From: Desulfobacteraceae bacterium Eth-SRB1
Lineage (GTDB): Bacteria > Desulfobacterota > Desulfobacteria > Desulfobacterales > ETH-SRB1
Assembly (NCBI GenBank): GCA_004193555.1
Contig: RPGP01000029.1
Span: forward strand, 36,093 to 100,092
Direction of reading: 5' to 3'
DNA: 64,000 nt
Shown in pieces: positions 28,985 through 39,245 of this stretch. How positions within the stretch are numbered: the stretch's first letter is position 1; every line of letters starts with the position of its first letter. The notes under the pieces are model-generated. The model worked only from the letters and a program-made list of their open reading frames with translations, had not been told where the DNA came from and did not search any database. A program made the translations under genes and the position numbers.

Positions 28985-29150
28985 TTTTTGAACGTCCAAC
29001 GTCCAACATCGAACATCCAACGTCGAACATCGAATGATGAGATCGCTTCGCTCTGCCGGTTTATAAATTGGCAGAATACCTTATTCAAAATTCGATGTTG
29101 GACGTTCGATGTTCGACGTTCATCTTTTAAGCCCGCCCGAAGGGCGCTAA
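28985..29150. repeat. Heptamer-armed palindrome (AACATCG/AACGTCC), including the second 72-bp repeat copy
   Basis: GAACGTCCAACGTCCAACATCGAAC... is inverted to ...GATGTTGGACGTTCGATGTTC; relative at about 54083-54200. Confidence 0.85.
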
Positions 29151-29163
29151 CTTAAGAACTATT

Positions 29164-29784
29164 ATGATAGGATATATTGAAGGCAAACTTTTAAAGAAAG
29201 AAGATGACCGGATACTTCTTCTTGCCAGTCAGGTCGGATATGAGATTCTGCTTCCCGCATTTGTAATGGAAACCTTGCGGTCAAAGGAGATTGGCGAAGA
29301 ACTTTCTTTTTATATTTATTATCAACAAACGGAAAGACAGCCAAAGCCTGTATTGATCGGTTTTAATCTTGAGGTGGAAAGAGAATTTTTCAAGTATTTT
29401 ATTTCGGTTGAAGGTGTTGGTCCATTAAAAGCGGTTCAAGCGCTGACTATTCCTGTTCGTGAAATAGCAAGAGCCATTGAATCAAAAGATGTTGCTACGC
29501 TAAGACGATTAAAGGGTATTGGGAACAGAACAGCTCAAAAAATTATCGCCAGTCTTGAAGGCAAGATGGATAAATTTGCATTAATCCGTAAATCAGAGAA
29601 AAAAGAGGCGGTTGTCGAGCATGATTTATCAAGGCAGGTATTAGATGTTCTTATTTCTCAGCTTGGCTATAAAGCTGCTGAAGCAAAGCTGATGATTTTG
29701 GAAGCCATGAAACGCAATATTACTATTTCAACACCGGAAGAACTTTTTGAAGAAGTATATCGTGACGAGCAAAACTTAACTTAA
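29164..29784 (+). CDS. ruvA: Holliday junction DNA-binding protein RuvA
   Basis: VGYEI, ISVEGVGP, LKGIGNRTAQKI. Confidence 0.93.
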   Translation: MIGYIEGKLLKKEDDRILLLASQVGYEILLPAFVMETLRSKEIGEELSFYIYYQQTERQPKPVLIGFNLEVEREFFKYFISVEGVGPLKAVQALTIPVREIARAIESKDVATLRRLKGIGNRTAQKIIASLEGKMDKFALIRKSEKKEAVVEHDLSRQVLDVLISQLGYKAAEAKLMILEAMKRNITISTPEELFEEVYRDEQNLT

Positions 29785-29957
29785 TGTCATTAACTTAAGA
29801 AAATTAGGAGGCGCTCACAGCGATATTTTTTTTACCACGAAGAACACGAAGGAAAAGAAGATAAAGAAAAAACCTTCGTAATCTTCGTGTTCTTCGTGTT
29901 CTTCGTGGTGATTGATAAAACTGCCTAATTCCTGACCCCTGCAAACAGATACAAATT

Positions 29958-30998
29958 ATGACAGACGACATACTGACATATTCTTCTGACAAACAGGGCA
30001 TGCTTACCGGATCATGCCTGCCTGTTGACCTGGAACCGGAAATTCTCTCTTTGCGTCCGGAACGGCTTTCTGATTATGTTGGTCAGAGAGAGGTTGTTGA
30101 AACACTTAAAATTGCAATTGAAGCTGCTTTGCAGCGCGAAGAACCGATAGATCATATTCTTTTTCATGGACCTCCTGGGCTCGGCAAAACCACTCTGGCC
30201 CATATTATCGCAAATGAAATGGGGGGTAATCTTACTGTTACTTCAGGACCTGCTCTCGAAAAAGGTGGAGATCTTATAGGCATACTTACCCATCTTGAAG
30301 AGGGGGACATCCTGTTTATTGATGAGATACACCGTACGCCAAAGACAGTGGAAGAGTTTTTATATCCTGCCATGGAGGATTTTGCCGTTGATTTTGTATT
30401 TGACAAGGGGGCGCATGCGCGGAGTCATAGATACCGCCTGAAACGCTTTACTCTTATTGGAGCAACCACACGTGTTGGTCTGTTATCTGCGCCTTTGCGG
30501 GACAGGTTTGGCATTTTAAGGAGCCTTGACTTTTATGAAGAGGAAGATCTGGTACGGATTTCCAGACGTTCGGCTGCTTTGCTGAAAGTTGATATCGATG
30601 ACAAAGGAGCGGGTGAGCTTTCGACAAGATCCAGAGGAACTCCGAGAATTGTTAACAGATTATTAAAACGTGCAAGAGACTACGTCCAGGTACGAGCCGA
30701 TGGAAAAATCACGAAGAAAACGGTAGAAGATGCCTTGGCCCTGGAGGGGGTTGATGAAAGAGGTCTGACGGATCTGGATCGTCGTTACCTAAAGACAATA
30801 ATTGAGTTTTATCATGGGGGCCCGGTTGGTATTGAAGCAATTTCAGCCACACTTCAGGAAGAAACCGATACACTTGTGGATGTTGTTGAACCTTATATGC
30901 TGAAAATCGGCTTTATTATTAGAACCTCTTCAGGAAGAAAGGCTTCGGAAGCAGCATACAAACATCTTGGCTTCAGTGTTCAAGAGAAGATGTTTTAG
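29958..30998 (+). CDS. ruvB: Holliday junction branch migration helicase RuvB
   Basis: [26 protein letters not shown]. Confidence 0.98.
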   Translation: MTDDILTYSSDKQGMLTGSCLPVDLEPEILSLRPERLSDYVGQREVVETLKIAIEAALQREEPIDHILFHGPPGLGKTTLAHIIANEMGGNLTVTSGPALEKGGDLIGILTHLEEGDILFIDEIHRTPKTVEEFLYPAMEDFAVDFVFDKGAHARSHRYRLKRFTLIGATTRVGLLSAPLRDRFGILRSLDFYEEEDLVRISRRSAALLKVDIDDKGAGELSTRSRGTPRIVNRLLKRARDYVQVRADGKITKKTVEDALALEGVDERGLTDLDRRYLKTIIEFYHGGPVGIEAISATLQEETDTLVDVVEPYMLKIGFIIRTSSGRKASEAAYKHLGFSVQEKMF

Positions 30999-31066
30999 CG
31001 GCTGTAACAGGGTAAATTCACAAAAGACTTTTTTACAAGTTCATCATTATCTTTTAGGGTATAGAT

Positions 31067-32446
31067 TTGATTGATCATATAAAATCACGAATATTTCTTA
31101 TATGGTTCGGACTCTTGCTTGTAATAAATCCGGCAGCTCTTGCATCTCAGAGTAAAAATTTTGAGGCAAAATGTTTGCCGGCTACTGCGAAAATTCATGC
31201 AAAAGATATCACCATGCCGGATGTCTTTCTCTCTTTTGGAATGGGAAAGGATGTTACATATGGAATTGTTGTCGAAAAAAATACCCAGCAACTTTCTTTA
31301 TATGCTTATGATGGCACATTTAATGAAAAATTGCGCTTGAATTGTTCAACCGGCGAGGTTACAGGAGATAAGTCCCGTTCCGGAGACAGGAAGACACCTG
31401 AAGGCGCATATTTTTTTACAGGAGAATTCAAAAAAAAAGATCTTTCACCTATATATGGAACAAAGGCCTTTCCTATAGATTATCCTAATCTTTCTGATCG
31501 GATTGAAGGTCGCAAGGGTTATTCGATCTGGCTTCATGGAAGCGACAAACCGATAAAACCGAGGAATTCCAATGGCTGTGTAGTTCTTGCAAACAGTGAT
31601 ATTGACAGGTTGGCAAAATATATAGATTTAAATAAAACCCCGATTATTATTGTGGACAGGCTTTCCTTTGTGCCTGCAGATTATAATAAAGAAATTAAAG
31701 ATTCCATATTTAAGTTAATTTCACAATGGGAAGAGGCTATTGAAAATGGCACTTATCATGAATATTTGAATTTTTACAGCCATGAATATGTTCCTGATAT
31801 TTCGTGGTGGTCTGACTGGACCGGAATTAAAAATAGTTTTCAGGCCTCTGACCTGAAGTTATCTGTTGAACTGAAAATGAGTTCAATTTTCAGGCACAAC
31901 GGAATTTATATGGTTTTGTTTGACCAGGTTGTCAGTTCTTCAGGCATTAATTTATTGGTTGGACGCAAAAAGCTTTATGTCTCAGATAAGGAAGGCCAAT
32001 TCAAAATAGTCGGCGAAGAGTATCAGACAATTTCGAAAAGTCATAGTAGGTTCAAACAAAAGCATCCACTTGTTGTTGCAAGCTGCGACCTGAAAAAAAG
32101 GTTGGAAGGCAAAAATGAAATCGAAAACCTGATTGATGGATGGCTGAAAGCCTGGTCTGATAGAGATATTACAAGCTATGGCAAATTTTATGCAAATAAT
32201 TTCCGGTCCCAGGGCATGAATCTGAGGTCCTGGCTTAAATATAAAGAACGATTAAACCGGAAATATAATTTTATTAATGTTTCAAAAGATAAACTAATTA
32301 TTAAAAAAAGCGGAAAGAGGGCTGAAGTTTCTTTTGTGCAAACCTATAAATCTAACACTTTTAAGGCTGTAGGCATAAAACGGTTAATATTAATACGTGA
32401 AAAGGGGTTATGGAAAATCTACCGGGAAACCTGGAAAAAGTTGTAA
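31067..32446 (+). CDS. YkuD-family L,D-transpeptidase/carboxypeptidase with NTF2-like C-terminal domains (Csd6/Pgp2-like)
   Basis: GDRKTPEG, IWLHG...SNGC catalytic motif; two repeats of the W..AW/I...Y..FY type. Confidence 0.8.
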   Translation: MIDHIKSRIFLIWFGLLLVINPAALASQSKNFEAKCLPATAKIHAKDITMPDVFLSFGMGKDVTYGIVVEKNTQQLSLYAYDGTFNEKLRLNCSTGEVTGDKSRSGDRKTPEGAYFFTGEFKKKDLSPIYGTKAFPIDYPNLSDRIEGRKGYSIWLHGSDKPIKPRNSNGCVVLANSDIDRLAKYIDLNKTPIIIVDRLSFVPADYNKEIKDSIFKLISQWEEAIENGTYHEYLNFYSHEYVPDISWWSDWTGIKNSFQASDLKLSVELKMSSIFRHNGIYMVLFDQVVSSSGINLLVGRKKLYVSDKEGQFKIVGEEYQTISKSHSRFKQKHPLVVASCDLKKRLEGKNEIENLIDGWLKAWSDRDITSYGKFYANNFRSQGMNLRSWLKYKERLNRKYNFINVSKDKLIIKKSGKRAEVSFVQTYKSNTFKAVGIKRLILIREKGLWKIYRETWKKL

Positions 32447-33309
32447 AATCGCTGTCTTTGCCAAAACAATCAAAAAGGTCTGACTCATGGATTCTTTTGG
32501 CAATAGGAGATCATGGGAAGACAATATCGTTTGGAAAGCTTAAGGGACTGGTGGTTGCATTGGCACTGGCAGTGGTTATTGTTGTTGTTTTAGTTTTATA
32601 CTCATTAATTGTTTCAAGAAGCTTAAGTAAAGAAAATGATGGATTGCGGAATGCTCTGGATGTATCAAAAAAGCAGATCGCGGCTTTGCGTGATGAGAGG
32701 GACATTTTCATGGTTCGTTCTGTTCTGGATAAATCCGGAGTCAAAGATAGCCTTGTCGGTATTGAGGAAAAGCAAACATGTGAGACTCCCGGCGCTTTGC
32801 CAGACAAGAAAGCATCTGTTGAAACCGGTCCCGAACAGGCAGGTGTTGATAAAACAGTTTTATTAATTAGCGAGAAGCAGCCGGAAGAAAAAACAGCTTC
32901 AGCAAGACAGACAAACCTGCCAGTGGCTTCAGTTGAAGATTTCGTGATTTTATTTGAACCTGCCGGCAATATATTGAAGGTGCAGTTTAAAATCATAAAC
33001 ACATCTTCCGATTCTCAGCCTGTTTCAGGACACGCTTTTGTTATATTAAAGGATGATGATATTGATGATAGTAAATGGTTGATATTTCCCCGTGTTACTC
33101 TGGCTTCAGGAAAACCCTCGCTTTATAAAAGGGGACAGTATTTTTCTATTTATCGTTTTAAAACAGTGAGGTTCAGGGCACAGAATGACACAAACCCGAA
33201 ACGGTTTAGTAACGCTTCTGTATTAGTATACAATACAGAAGGGGATTTGCTGCTGGAAAAAAGTTGTCCGGTAAAAATTACAGAAGTTATTGAGGATACC
33301 TTAGAGTAA
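32410..33309 (+). CDS. Hypothetical bitopic membrane protein with coiled coil
   Basis: One TM helix, then a coiled coil and a beta-rich C-terminus; located inside the cell-shape cluster. Confidence 0.7.
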   Translation: MENLPGNLEKVVKSLSLPKQSKRSDSWILLAIGDHGKTISFGKLKGLVVALALAVVIVVVLVLYSLIVSRSLSKENDGLRNALDVSKKQIAALRDERDIFMVRSVLDKSGVKDSLVGIEEKQTCETPGALPDKKASVETGPEQAGVDKTVLLISEKQPEEKTASARQTNLPVASVEDFVILFEPAGNILKVQFKIINTSSDSQPVSGHAFVILKDDDIDDSKWLIFPRVTLASGKPSLYKRGQYFSIYRFKTVRFRAQNDTNPKRFSNASVLVYNTEGDLLLEKSCPVKITEVIEDTLE

Positions 33310-33324
33310 GAAAAGGATTTAATT

Positions 33325-34887
33325 TTGTTTCATAGAAACAGGCAATCAATAATTTATTCGGTGTGCAAAACCATAATTGTTGTTTTTTCGATTATGCTTG
33401 TTTTTATCCTGTCGGATGTTGTTTGGCCGGATGTTATATGGGCGCAAAAAAAGGTACACACTGTTTTTTTTGAAGGCACCGATCATGAGCTTGATATATA
33501 CAAAATATATGGCAAGATGCCTGGGAAAACACTTCTTCTGATAGGCGGAATTCAGGGAGATGAGCCGGGAGGATTTCTTTCAGCAGATCATTATGCAGAT
33601 ATCAGTCTCGCTAAAGGAAACCTTATTGTAGTTCCAAGAGCCAATTTCAAGTCTATTGTTTTGTGCCGGCGCAAGGTAAACGACGATATGAATCGAAAGT
33701 TTGCAGAGGATCGCAAAGATAACTATGAAACCAAGATCGTTGAAATTCTAAAAAAATTGATTAATGAAAGTGACTGCCTGCTCAATCTGCACGATGGCTC
33801 AGGTTTTTATTCGGATAAATGGGAAGGGCCTGATAGAAACCCGGAGAGATACGGCCAGTCAATTATTTCAGATTGTGAAGTCTATGTTAATCCTGAAACA
33901 GAAGAAGTTATCGAGCTTGGCGCTATGGCGAACTGGGTAGCCGATAGAATCAATAAGAGTATAAAAAATCCTCTTTACTATATTCGTTTCAACAATCACA
34001 GAACCGCTGAAAAAAATTCCTTGCACAAGGAACAGCGTAAATCGGCTACATATTATGCTTTATATAGATGCGGCATACCGGCATTTGGTATTGAGACAAG
34101 TAAATCGCTTCCCCTGGAGTTGAAGGTGCGCCATCATAACCTTGCAATAAATGCATTTATGGAAAGATTTGATATTATTCCCGAGACCCCGGGTCTTAAT
34201 CTTGATAAGCCCGTGCTGGATTATCTGGTTTTATCTATAAACGATTCTTTGCCGATTGTTGTTAAAAACCAGGAGACACTTCATATTAACTCCGGCGATA
34301 TTATTATGATATCTCATATTGAGGCAAACTACGAACGAGGGCTTTCCGCTGATGTTATCGGTTACGGAAGCATAAGAGATGTGCGGAAGAAAATTAGAGT
34401 AACAGGGCCGACGAGAATTGTTGCAAGGAAGGATTATTTTCCATGCGGAAGTGTTTATGTAGTGCATGGGGAAAGCCGTAGAATAATGGCTAAAGGCGTA
34501 TCAGTTTCAAAGAAACCAACCCTGACGCCTTATGTACATTCTTTCAAAGCCAAAATTAACGGCAAAAAAATAATTTATAAGAACAATGATCATGTCAAAT
34601 TGATAAAAGGCGATACTTTTGAGCTTGTGGATGTAATCGGCGGTCCCGGAGATCCTTCGGATATGATTGTAAACTTTAAAGGCTTTGTGGGTAATACAGT
34701 CAACAATACGGGGGAGGACAGGGGATATGTAATTAATACCGCCAAAGATCTCTGGAAGAATTATTCGCTGGATAAAAAAGGATTAAAATATAAAATAATA
34801 GTTACATATAATGAGGAAAAAGCAGGAGAATTGTTTATAGATCTTGAAGAACCTGCTTTGGATAGTTTTCATTCAGATACTGATTAG
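33325..34887 (+). CDS. M14/M99 D,L-carboxypeptidase (Csd4/Pgp1-like)
   Basis: GGIQGDEPGG (Gln zinc ligand typical of Csd4), DMNRKF, LNLHDG. Confidence 0.85.
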   Translation: MFHRNRQSIIYSVCKTIIVVFSIMLVFILSDVVWPDVIWAQKKVHTVFFEGTDHELDIYKIYGKMPGKTLLLIGGIQGDEPGGFLSADHYADISLAKGNLIVVPRANFKSIVLCRRKVNDDMNRKFAEDRKDNYETKIVEILKKLINESDCLLNLHDGSGFYSDKWEGPDRNPERYGQSIISDCEVYVNPETEEVIELGAMANWVADRINKSIKNPLYYIRFNNHRTAEKNSLHKEQRKSATYYALYRCGIPAFGIETSKSLPLELKVRHHNLAINAFMERFDIIPETPGLNLDKPVLDYLVLSINDSLPIVVKNQETLHINSGDIIMISHIEANYERGLSADVIGYGSIRDVRKKIRVTGPTRIVARKDYFPCGSVYVVHGESRRIMAKGVSVSKKPTLTPYVHSFKAKINGKKIIYKNNDHVKLIKGDTFELVDVIGGPGDPSDMIVNFKGFVGNTVNNTGEDRGYVINTAKDLWKNYSLDKKGLKYKIIVTYNEEKAGELFIDLEEPALDSFHSDTD

Positions 34888-34901
34888 CAGGCTATTATAT
34901 T

Positions 34902-35264
34902 TTGTACAGGAGATGTATTGTGTGGGATAAAACTGAAAATATTTCTATCATAGATAAAGGGTTGATTGTAGATGGCACGGTTTCCGTCAAGGGAAAATTA
35001 GTAATAAAAGGGACAGTGAAGGGAACGCTTGTAGGAGAAACCGTGATTGTTGCCAGGGAAGGGGTTATTTGTGCAGATACAAAGGTAACGAGTATTACTA
35101 TAGGAGGAATCTTTGATGGGGAATTAGAGGCCTCAAACGAGCTGATAATACTTTCTACCGGCAACTGTACAGGTAAAATAGTTTGTAAGGATCTTGTTGT
35201 TGAGGCCGGAGGTAAATTAAATGCCGATGTGACATGTACTGCGACGCAAGGCGCAAAAAAGTAG
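34902..35264 (+). CDS. Bactofilin (CcmA-like polymer-forming cytoskeletal protein)
   Basis: SIIDKGLIVDG...GKLVIKG..KG beta-helix repeats. Confidence 0.9.
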   Translation: MYRRCIVWDKTENISIIDKGLIVDGTVSVKGKLVIKGTVKGTLVGETVIVAREGVICADTKVTSITIGGIFDGELEASNELIILSTGNCTGKIVCKDLVVEAGGKLNADVTCTATQGAKK

Positions 35265-35309
35265 TAAAACCTTCTTCTTTGTCATTTTGACCGGCCAGCT
35301 ACTGAACCC

Positions 35310-35339
35310 TGATGAATTCGACTTTTTACGAATTCATCA
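35310..35339. repeat. Minimal 30-bp family A palindrome
   Basis: TGATGAATTCGACTTTTTACGAATTCATCA; 1 mismatch to 282-311, related to 22334-22363. Confidence 0.85.
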
Positions 35340-35456
35340 ATTATGACAAACTCGTAAGTCAAAAAGGTACACTTTCGTCATTCCTGGAAAGGTTAGAATA
35401 TAGTAATTACAAATAGTTATCTCTGTGTTCTCTGTGCGCTCTGTGGTAAATTGATT

Positions 35457-36239
35457 TTACTGTTCTTCCCATTTGAATTTTGCATATAGCGGAAAATGAT
35501 CTGACGGGTAGATGCCGTTAATTTTATCATGAATTACTTTGCAATCCTCTGGAACAATCCTGCCGCGATATAAAATCCAGTCAATATGATTTCCATTTTT
35601 ATTTCCCGAAAATCCATGATGTGTACCAGGGAAAGGTTCCCTGAAGGTATTTTTAAAACAGGACTTATTTGTTGAGTTTGATTTTTTATCCTGTCCGGTT
35701 AACATCTTATAACAGGGACAGGAAGGGCCTGCATTAAAGTCTCCCATAAGAATTACAGGCAGTTCAGATGGAAGGGTTGACAGCCGCTCCATAATCATCT
35801 CTGCGCTTTTAGTCTGGATATTAGCGTCGAAATCAAAGTGGGTATTAATATATATAAGCGAATGGTCATTACTTTTAAATATGCCGATTGTGCATTGTCT
35901 CGGCCAGCGGCTTTCCCTGGAACGGCTGGGTATCATTGGCGTGGGACTCAGAAAAAAATGTTCATTGTGAATACATTCCCAAGGTTTTTTATAAAAAATT
36001 ATATTGTTCTGCCAAAATGAAGGAGCAGGCTTTCTTTTTCCTATGAACCTGTATTCAGTAAGGATATTTTTGAGAAAATCTGTTTGAAAATCATTTGCTT
36101 CCTGAAATCCGATGAAATCAGCGGGATATTTATCTAAAAGGGAGGGAAAGCATTTCTTCCGGTACTCCCAGTCGTTGGGGCCGTCATCTGCCAGTCCAAA
36201 ACGAAGATTGAGAGTTATTACTGAAAAGATGTCATTCAT
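35457..36239 (-). CDS. Endonuclease/exonuclease/phosphatase family protein
   Basis: TLNLR, GFQEA, THFD, MGDFNA, IDWI, SDHFP. Confidence 0.92.
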   Translation of the reverse strand: MNDIFSVITLNLRFGLADDGPNDWEYRKKCFPSLLDKYPADFIGFQEANDFQTDFLKNILTEYRFIGKRKPAPSFWQNNIIFYKKPWECIHNEHFFLSPTPMIPSRSRESRWPRQCTIGIFKSNDHSLIYINTHFDFDANIQTKSAEMIMERLSTLPSELPVILMGDFNAGPSCPCYKMLTGQDKKSNSTNKSCFKNTFREPFPGTHHGFSGNKNGNHIDWILYRGRIVPEDCKVIHDKINGIYPSDHFPLYAKFKWEEQ

Positions 36240-36392
36240 TTTAACCTGCTTTTTGTTAGCTGCTGCGCACATCGGCAATATCTGCAAGATAAAATCTTTA
36301 CTTCGGTTTCAAATTGTTCCATATCCGTTCTTATCTTTTTCAACGTCAATCAGTCAAACCAAAAAAGTTTGCAGGCTCTCTACAATAGCAGC

Positions 36393-37355
36393 TTACAGAT
36401 CCAATGGGCTTCGAACACCTCGCCCCCCTTTATTCAAAACATGAGTGTATATCATAGTAGTACTGACATCTTTATGGCCCAGAAGCTCTTGAATCGTCCG
36501 AATATCATAACCGTCCTCTAACAAATGTGTTGCAAAGCTGTGGCGAAACACATGGCTGCTTACCGTTTTTGTGACTCCTGAAATCCGAGCGGCTTTTTTT
36601 ATTGCCTTACTTAGACTATCCAGATGAATATGATGGCGTCTTTTAATACCGGAACGAGGGTCAACAGACAAGGTTTTGGATGGAAAGGCATACTGCCATC
36701 CCCATTCTTAGGAAGCATTTTTATATTTCTTTGCCAGAGCATTCGGAAGATAGACTGAACCATAGCCTTGAGACAAATCCTTTTCATGCAGCTTCTTGAC
36801 ATATTTTAGATGTTCTTTTAACGCAAGTTTAGCATCTTCCGGAAGCATTGTAACCCGGTCTTTTTGACCTTTGCCATTGCGAACTACAATCTGGTTCATC
36901 TCAAAATCTATATCTTTAACCCGCAATCTTACGCATTCAATCCCCCGAAGACCACATCCATAAAGAAGTTTTACTATCAATTGAAATATACCTGTGATGG
37001 AATTGATAATTTCCATAGTTTCATCAAATGTCAAAACAGTCGGAAGACGTTGAGGCTTTTTCGCTCGAAGCGCATCAATATTTTTAAATACATCTTTATT
37101 TAGAACATTTTTATATAAAAACAGTAATGCGCTGAAAGCCTGGTTTTGTGTTGAAGCAGCTACATTACCTTTGACAGCCAAATCGGTGAGAAATGCCTCT
37201 ATCTCTTTTTTGCCCATATCTTTTGGATGCCGCTTATTGTGAAAATAAATATATCGTTTTATCCATGAGACATATGCTTCTTCCGTCCTTATGGAGTAAT
37301 GTTTTAAACGAATCTTATTCCGTACGATGTCTAAAAGTTTCGGCTGCTGGTTCAT
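36393..37355 (-). pseudogene. intI: Integron integrase with an in-frame stop at 36708-36710
   Basis: [39 protein letters not shown], plus the integron-specific insert YLPNALAKKY...EWGWQY. The two ORFs are in the same frame, separated by TAA. Confidence 0.93.
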
Positions 37356-37699
37356 GGTATAATAACTTGATTTTAGAATAATTATGAAGTATAGGTTTAG
37401 AGAATTTTCTTCCATATTTGTACTATTTTTCTGGATTTTGCAACAAATAAAAGTTTATAAAGATATTTTTCTGAATATAACATTATATCTTTTTTTATTA
37501 AGAAATAATTATTAATTTTATTATAGAAATATTATTTGCGAAGGTTACCTAACAGAAAATATATTTTATATTTTTCAATAGATAGATTAATACACTTGAA
37601 ATGAATATAGATGTTAAAATACCTTTAAAGAAATCTAACATCCGGTATTTTAACATAATTTACAACTATTCAAGATAATTTAACTTTATTAACGTTATT

Positions 37700-37730
37700 T
37701 AGAATATTTTCGTAATAATAATTGTTATCT
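37700..37730 (+). other. attI recombination point (G|TTATCT at 37724)
   Basis: GTTATCT is the exact complement of AGATAAC, the R'' of the first attC; it lies just upstream of the first cassette ORF in an AT-rich region divergent from intI. Confidence 0.75.
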
Positions 37731-37761
37731 GTAGCGATGATGAATATAGGAGGATCTTTTT

Positions 37762-38424
37762 ATGTGGCTGACAATATTTGGAGTCGTACTTGGTGCAATA
37801 ATTGCCATTTTAATCACTATTGTCATAGAGCTTCTCCGAAAACCCAACTTTGGTTTTGAGATTCTCCCTCCCAAAGATATGGATTTTGATAACCAACCTG
37901 CAAATCGGATGAGAGCTGTTTGCCTCAAATTGGTAAATAAGCCTCTGCCAAAAGGGGCGCGATGGATGTCCCGAAATCCAGCCCTCCAGTGTCACGGCGC
38001 TATAACCTTTCATCATCTTGATGGGCAGAATGTTTTTGGAAGATCCATGATTGTGCGTTGGTCTGGTGCGCCTGAGCCGAACCCATTACGAATCCGGATA
38101 GGTGCCGCAGAAGGATTGGTATTTGATCCTGTAAGAATTACTCATATCCAAAAAATGGATATTTATCCGGGTGAAAGCGCTGACATTGATATTGCTGCAA
38201 GATTTGACGGAGAACCTGAATGTTATGGCTGGAGCAATGAAAGCTATTTTTCAAATCCACCTTGGCGCACAGCCCAATGGCGACTTGAACCACATCGGTA
38301 CATAGTAAAAGCAACTATTTTTTCATCGGGAGAAACCTGCTCAGAAATATTCCGTCTAATTAATGATGTTCAGCAACAGGATTTTAGGTTAGAAGCTGCA
38401 TTACCTCAAGATTCTGCGCTATAA
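37762..38424 (+). CDS. Integron cassette 1, hypothetical protein with N-terminal TM helix
   Basis: AGGAGG RBS; bounded by attI and attC1; no family recognised. Confidence 0.8.
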   Translation: MWLTIFGVVLGAIIAILITIVIELLRKPNFGFEILPPKDMDFDNQPANRMRAVCLKLVNKPLPKGARWMSRNPALQCHGAITFHHLDGQNVFGRSMIVRWSGAPEPNPLRIRIGAAEGLVFDPVRITHIQKMDIYPGESADIDIAARFDGEPECYGWSNESYFSNPPWRTAQWRLEPHRYIVKATIFSSGETCSEIFRLINDVQQQDFRLEAALPQDSAL

Positions 38425-38434
38425 AATTAATTAT

Positions 38435-38562
38435 AGATAACAACCGCTTGCACTCTGACCGGCGGGGTCGTGCGGCTTTACAAAGTTTTCGGTATGCGAA
38501 ATAACGCACCATTAAACAGACCTCAGGTTTGCTCCGCCGTCAGGTGAAGCGGGGCGTTCGGT
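38435..38562 (+). other. attC site 1
   Basis: R'' AGATAAC; L'' CTT[G]CAC[T]CTGAC[C]GGCGG pairs with CCGCCGTCAGGTGAAG; R' GTTCGGT. Confidence 0.9.
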
Positions 38563-38588
38563 GTAATAAAAAAGGAAATTACAAGTCA

Positions 38589-39245
38589 ATGACCAAAACG
38601 AACTTAACAATTGAACTTCTTCAGACAGAAGCCAATAAATTTGCTACAGTTGAATCTTCTCACGATGAGCCAAGTTTGTTTGGTGTAACAGACGGCAAGG
38701 CGGTTGGGACATACTTAGAACATAAATTTCAAAAATATCTGCATGAAAATTATGTATATATTGAAGGCTCATCCGCTAAAGGCATTGATTTCCCTGAACT
38801 CGGGGTTGATCTAAAAGTAACAAGCATTAAACAGCCACAGTCATCATGCCCTTTTAAATACGCAAAACAAAAAATATACGGCCTTGGATACGCATTGCTC
38901 GTTTTTGTTTATGAGAAAATTGATAAGAATAAACAAAAAACAGGCAGATTAAATATACATCACACTGTTTTTGTCGAGAAACATCGAACGGCGGATTTCC
39001 AAACAACTTCAGGGCTGAGAAAAATCATCGAGAACAATGGCAATCAAGATGATATTATAGCTTTCTTTGAAGAGCGTTTACTTCCAGTCGATGAGATCCA
39101 AGCACAAGAACTGGCCGAAGAAATATTACAAAAGCCGCCGGAACTTGGCTATTTGACGATATCAAACGCCCTACAGTGGAGGTTGCAATATAGTCGGGTA
39201 ATTCAAGAAGCCGGCAATATTGAAGGTATAAATAAGGTTTACTGA
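38589..39245 (+). CDS. Cassette 2: putative type II restriction endonuclease
   Basis: IDFP..GVDLKVTS resembles a PD-(D/E)xK motif; stop overlaps the MTase start (TGATG). Confidence 0.7.
   Translation: MTKTNLTIELLQTEANKFATVESSHDEPSLFGVTDGKAVGTYLEHKFQKYLHENYVYIEGSSAKGIDFPELGVDLKVTSIKQPQSSCPFKYAKQKIYGLGYALLVFVYEKIDKNKQKTGRLNIHHTVFVEKHRTADFQTTSGLRKIIENNGNQDDIIAFFEERLLPVDEIQAQELAEEILQKPPELGYLTISNALQWRLQYSRVIQEAGNIEGINKVY

Noticed and set aside
36708-36710. Programmed readthrough or recoding in intI
   Set aside because: The codon is TAA, with no SECIS-like or frameshift signal; a nonsense mutation or base error is simpler
37420-37720. Specific Pc/Pint promoters or a LexA box in the AT-rich integron leader
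   Set aside because: Too AT-rich to pick unique hexamers by eye, and no convincing SOS motif was found
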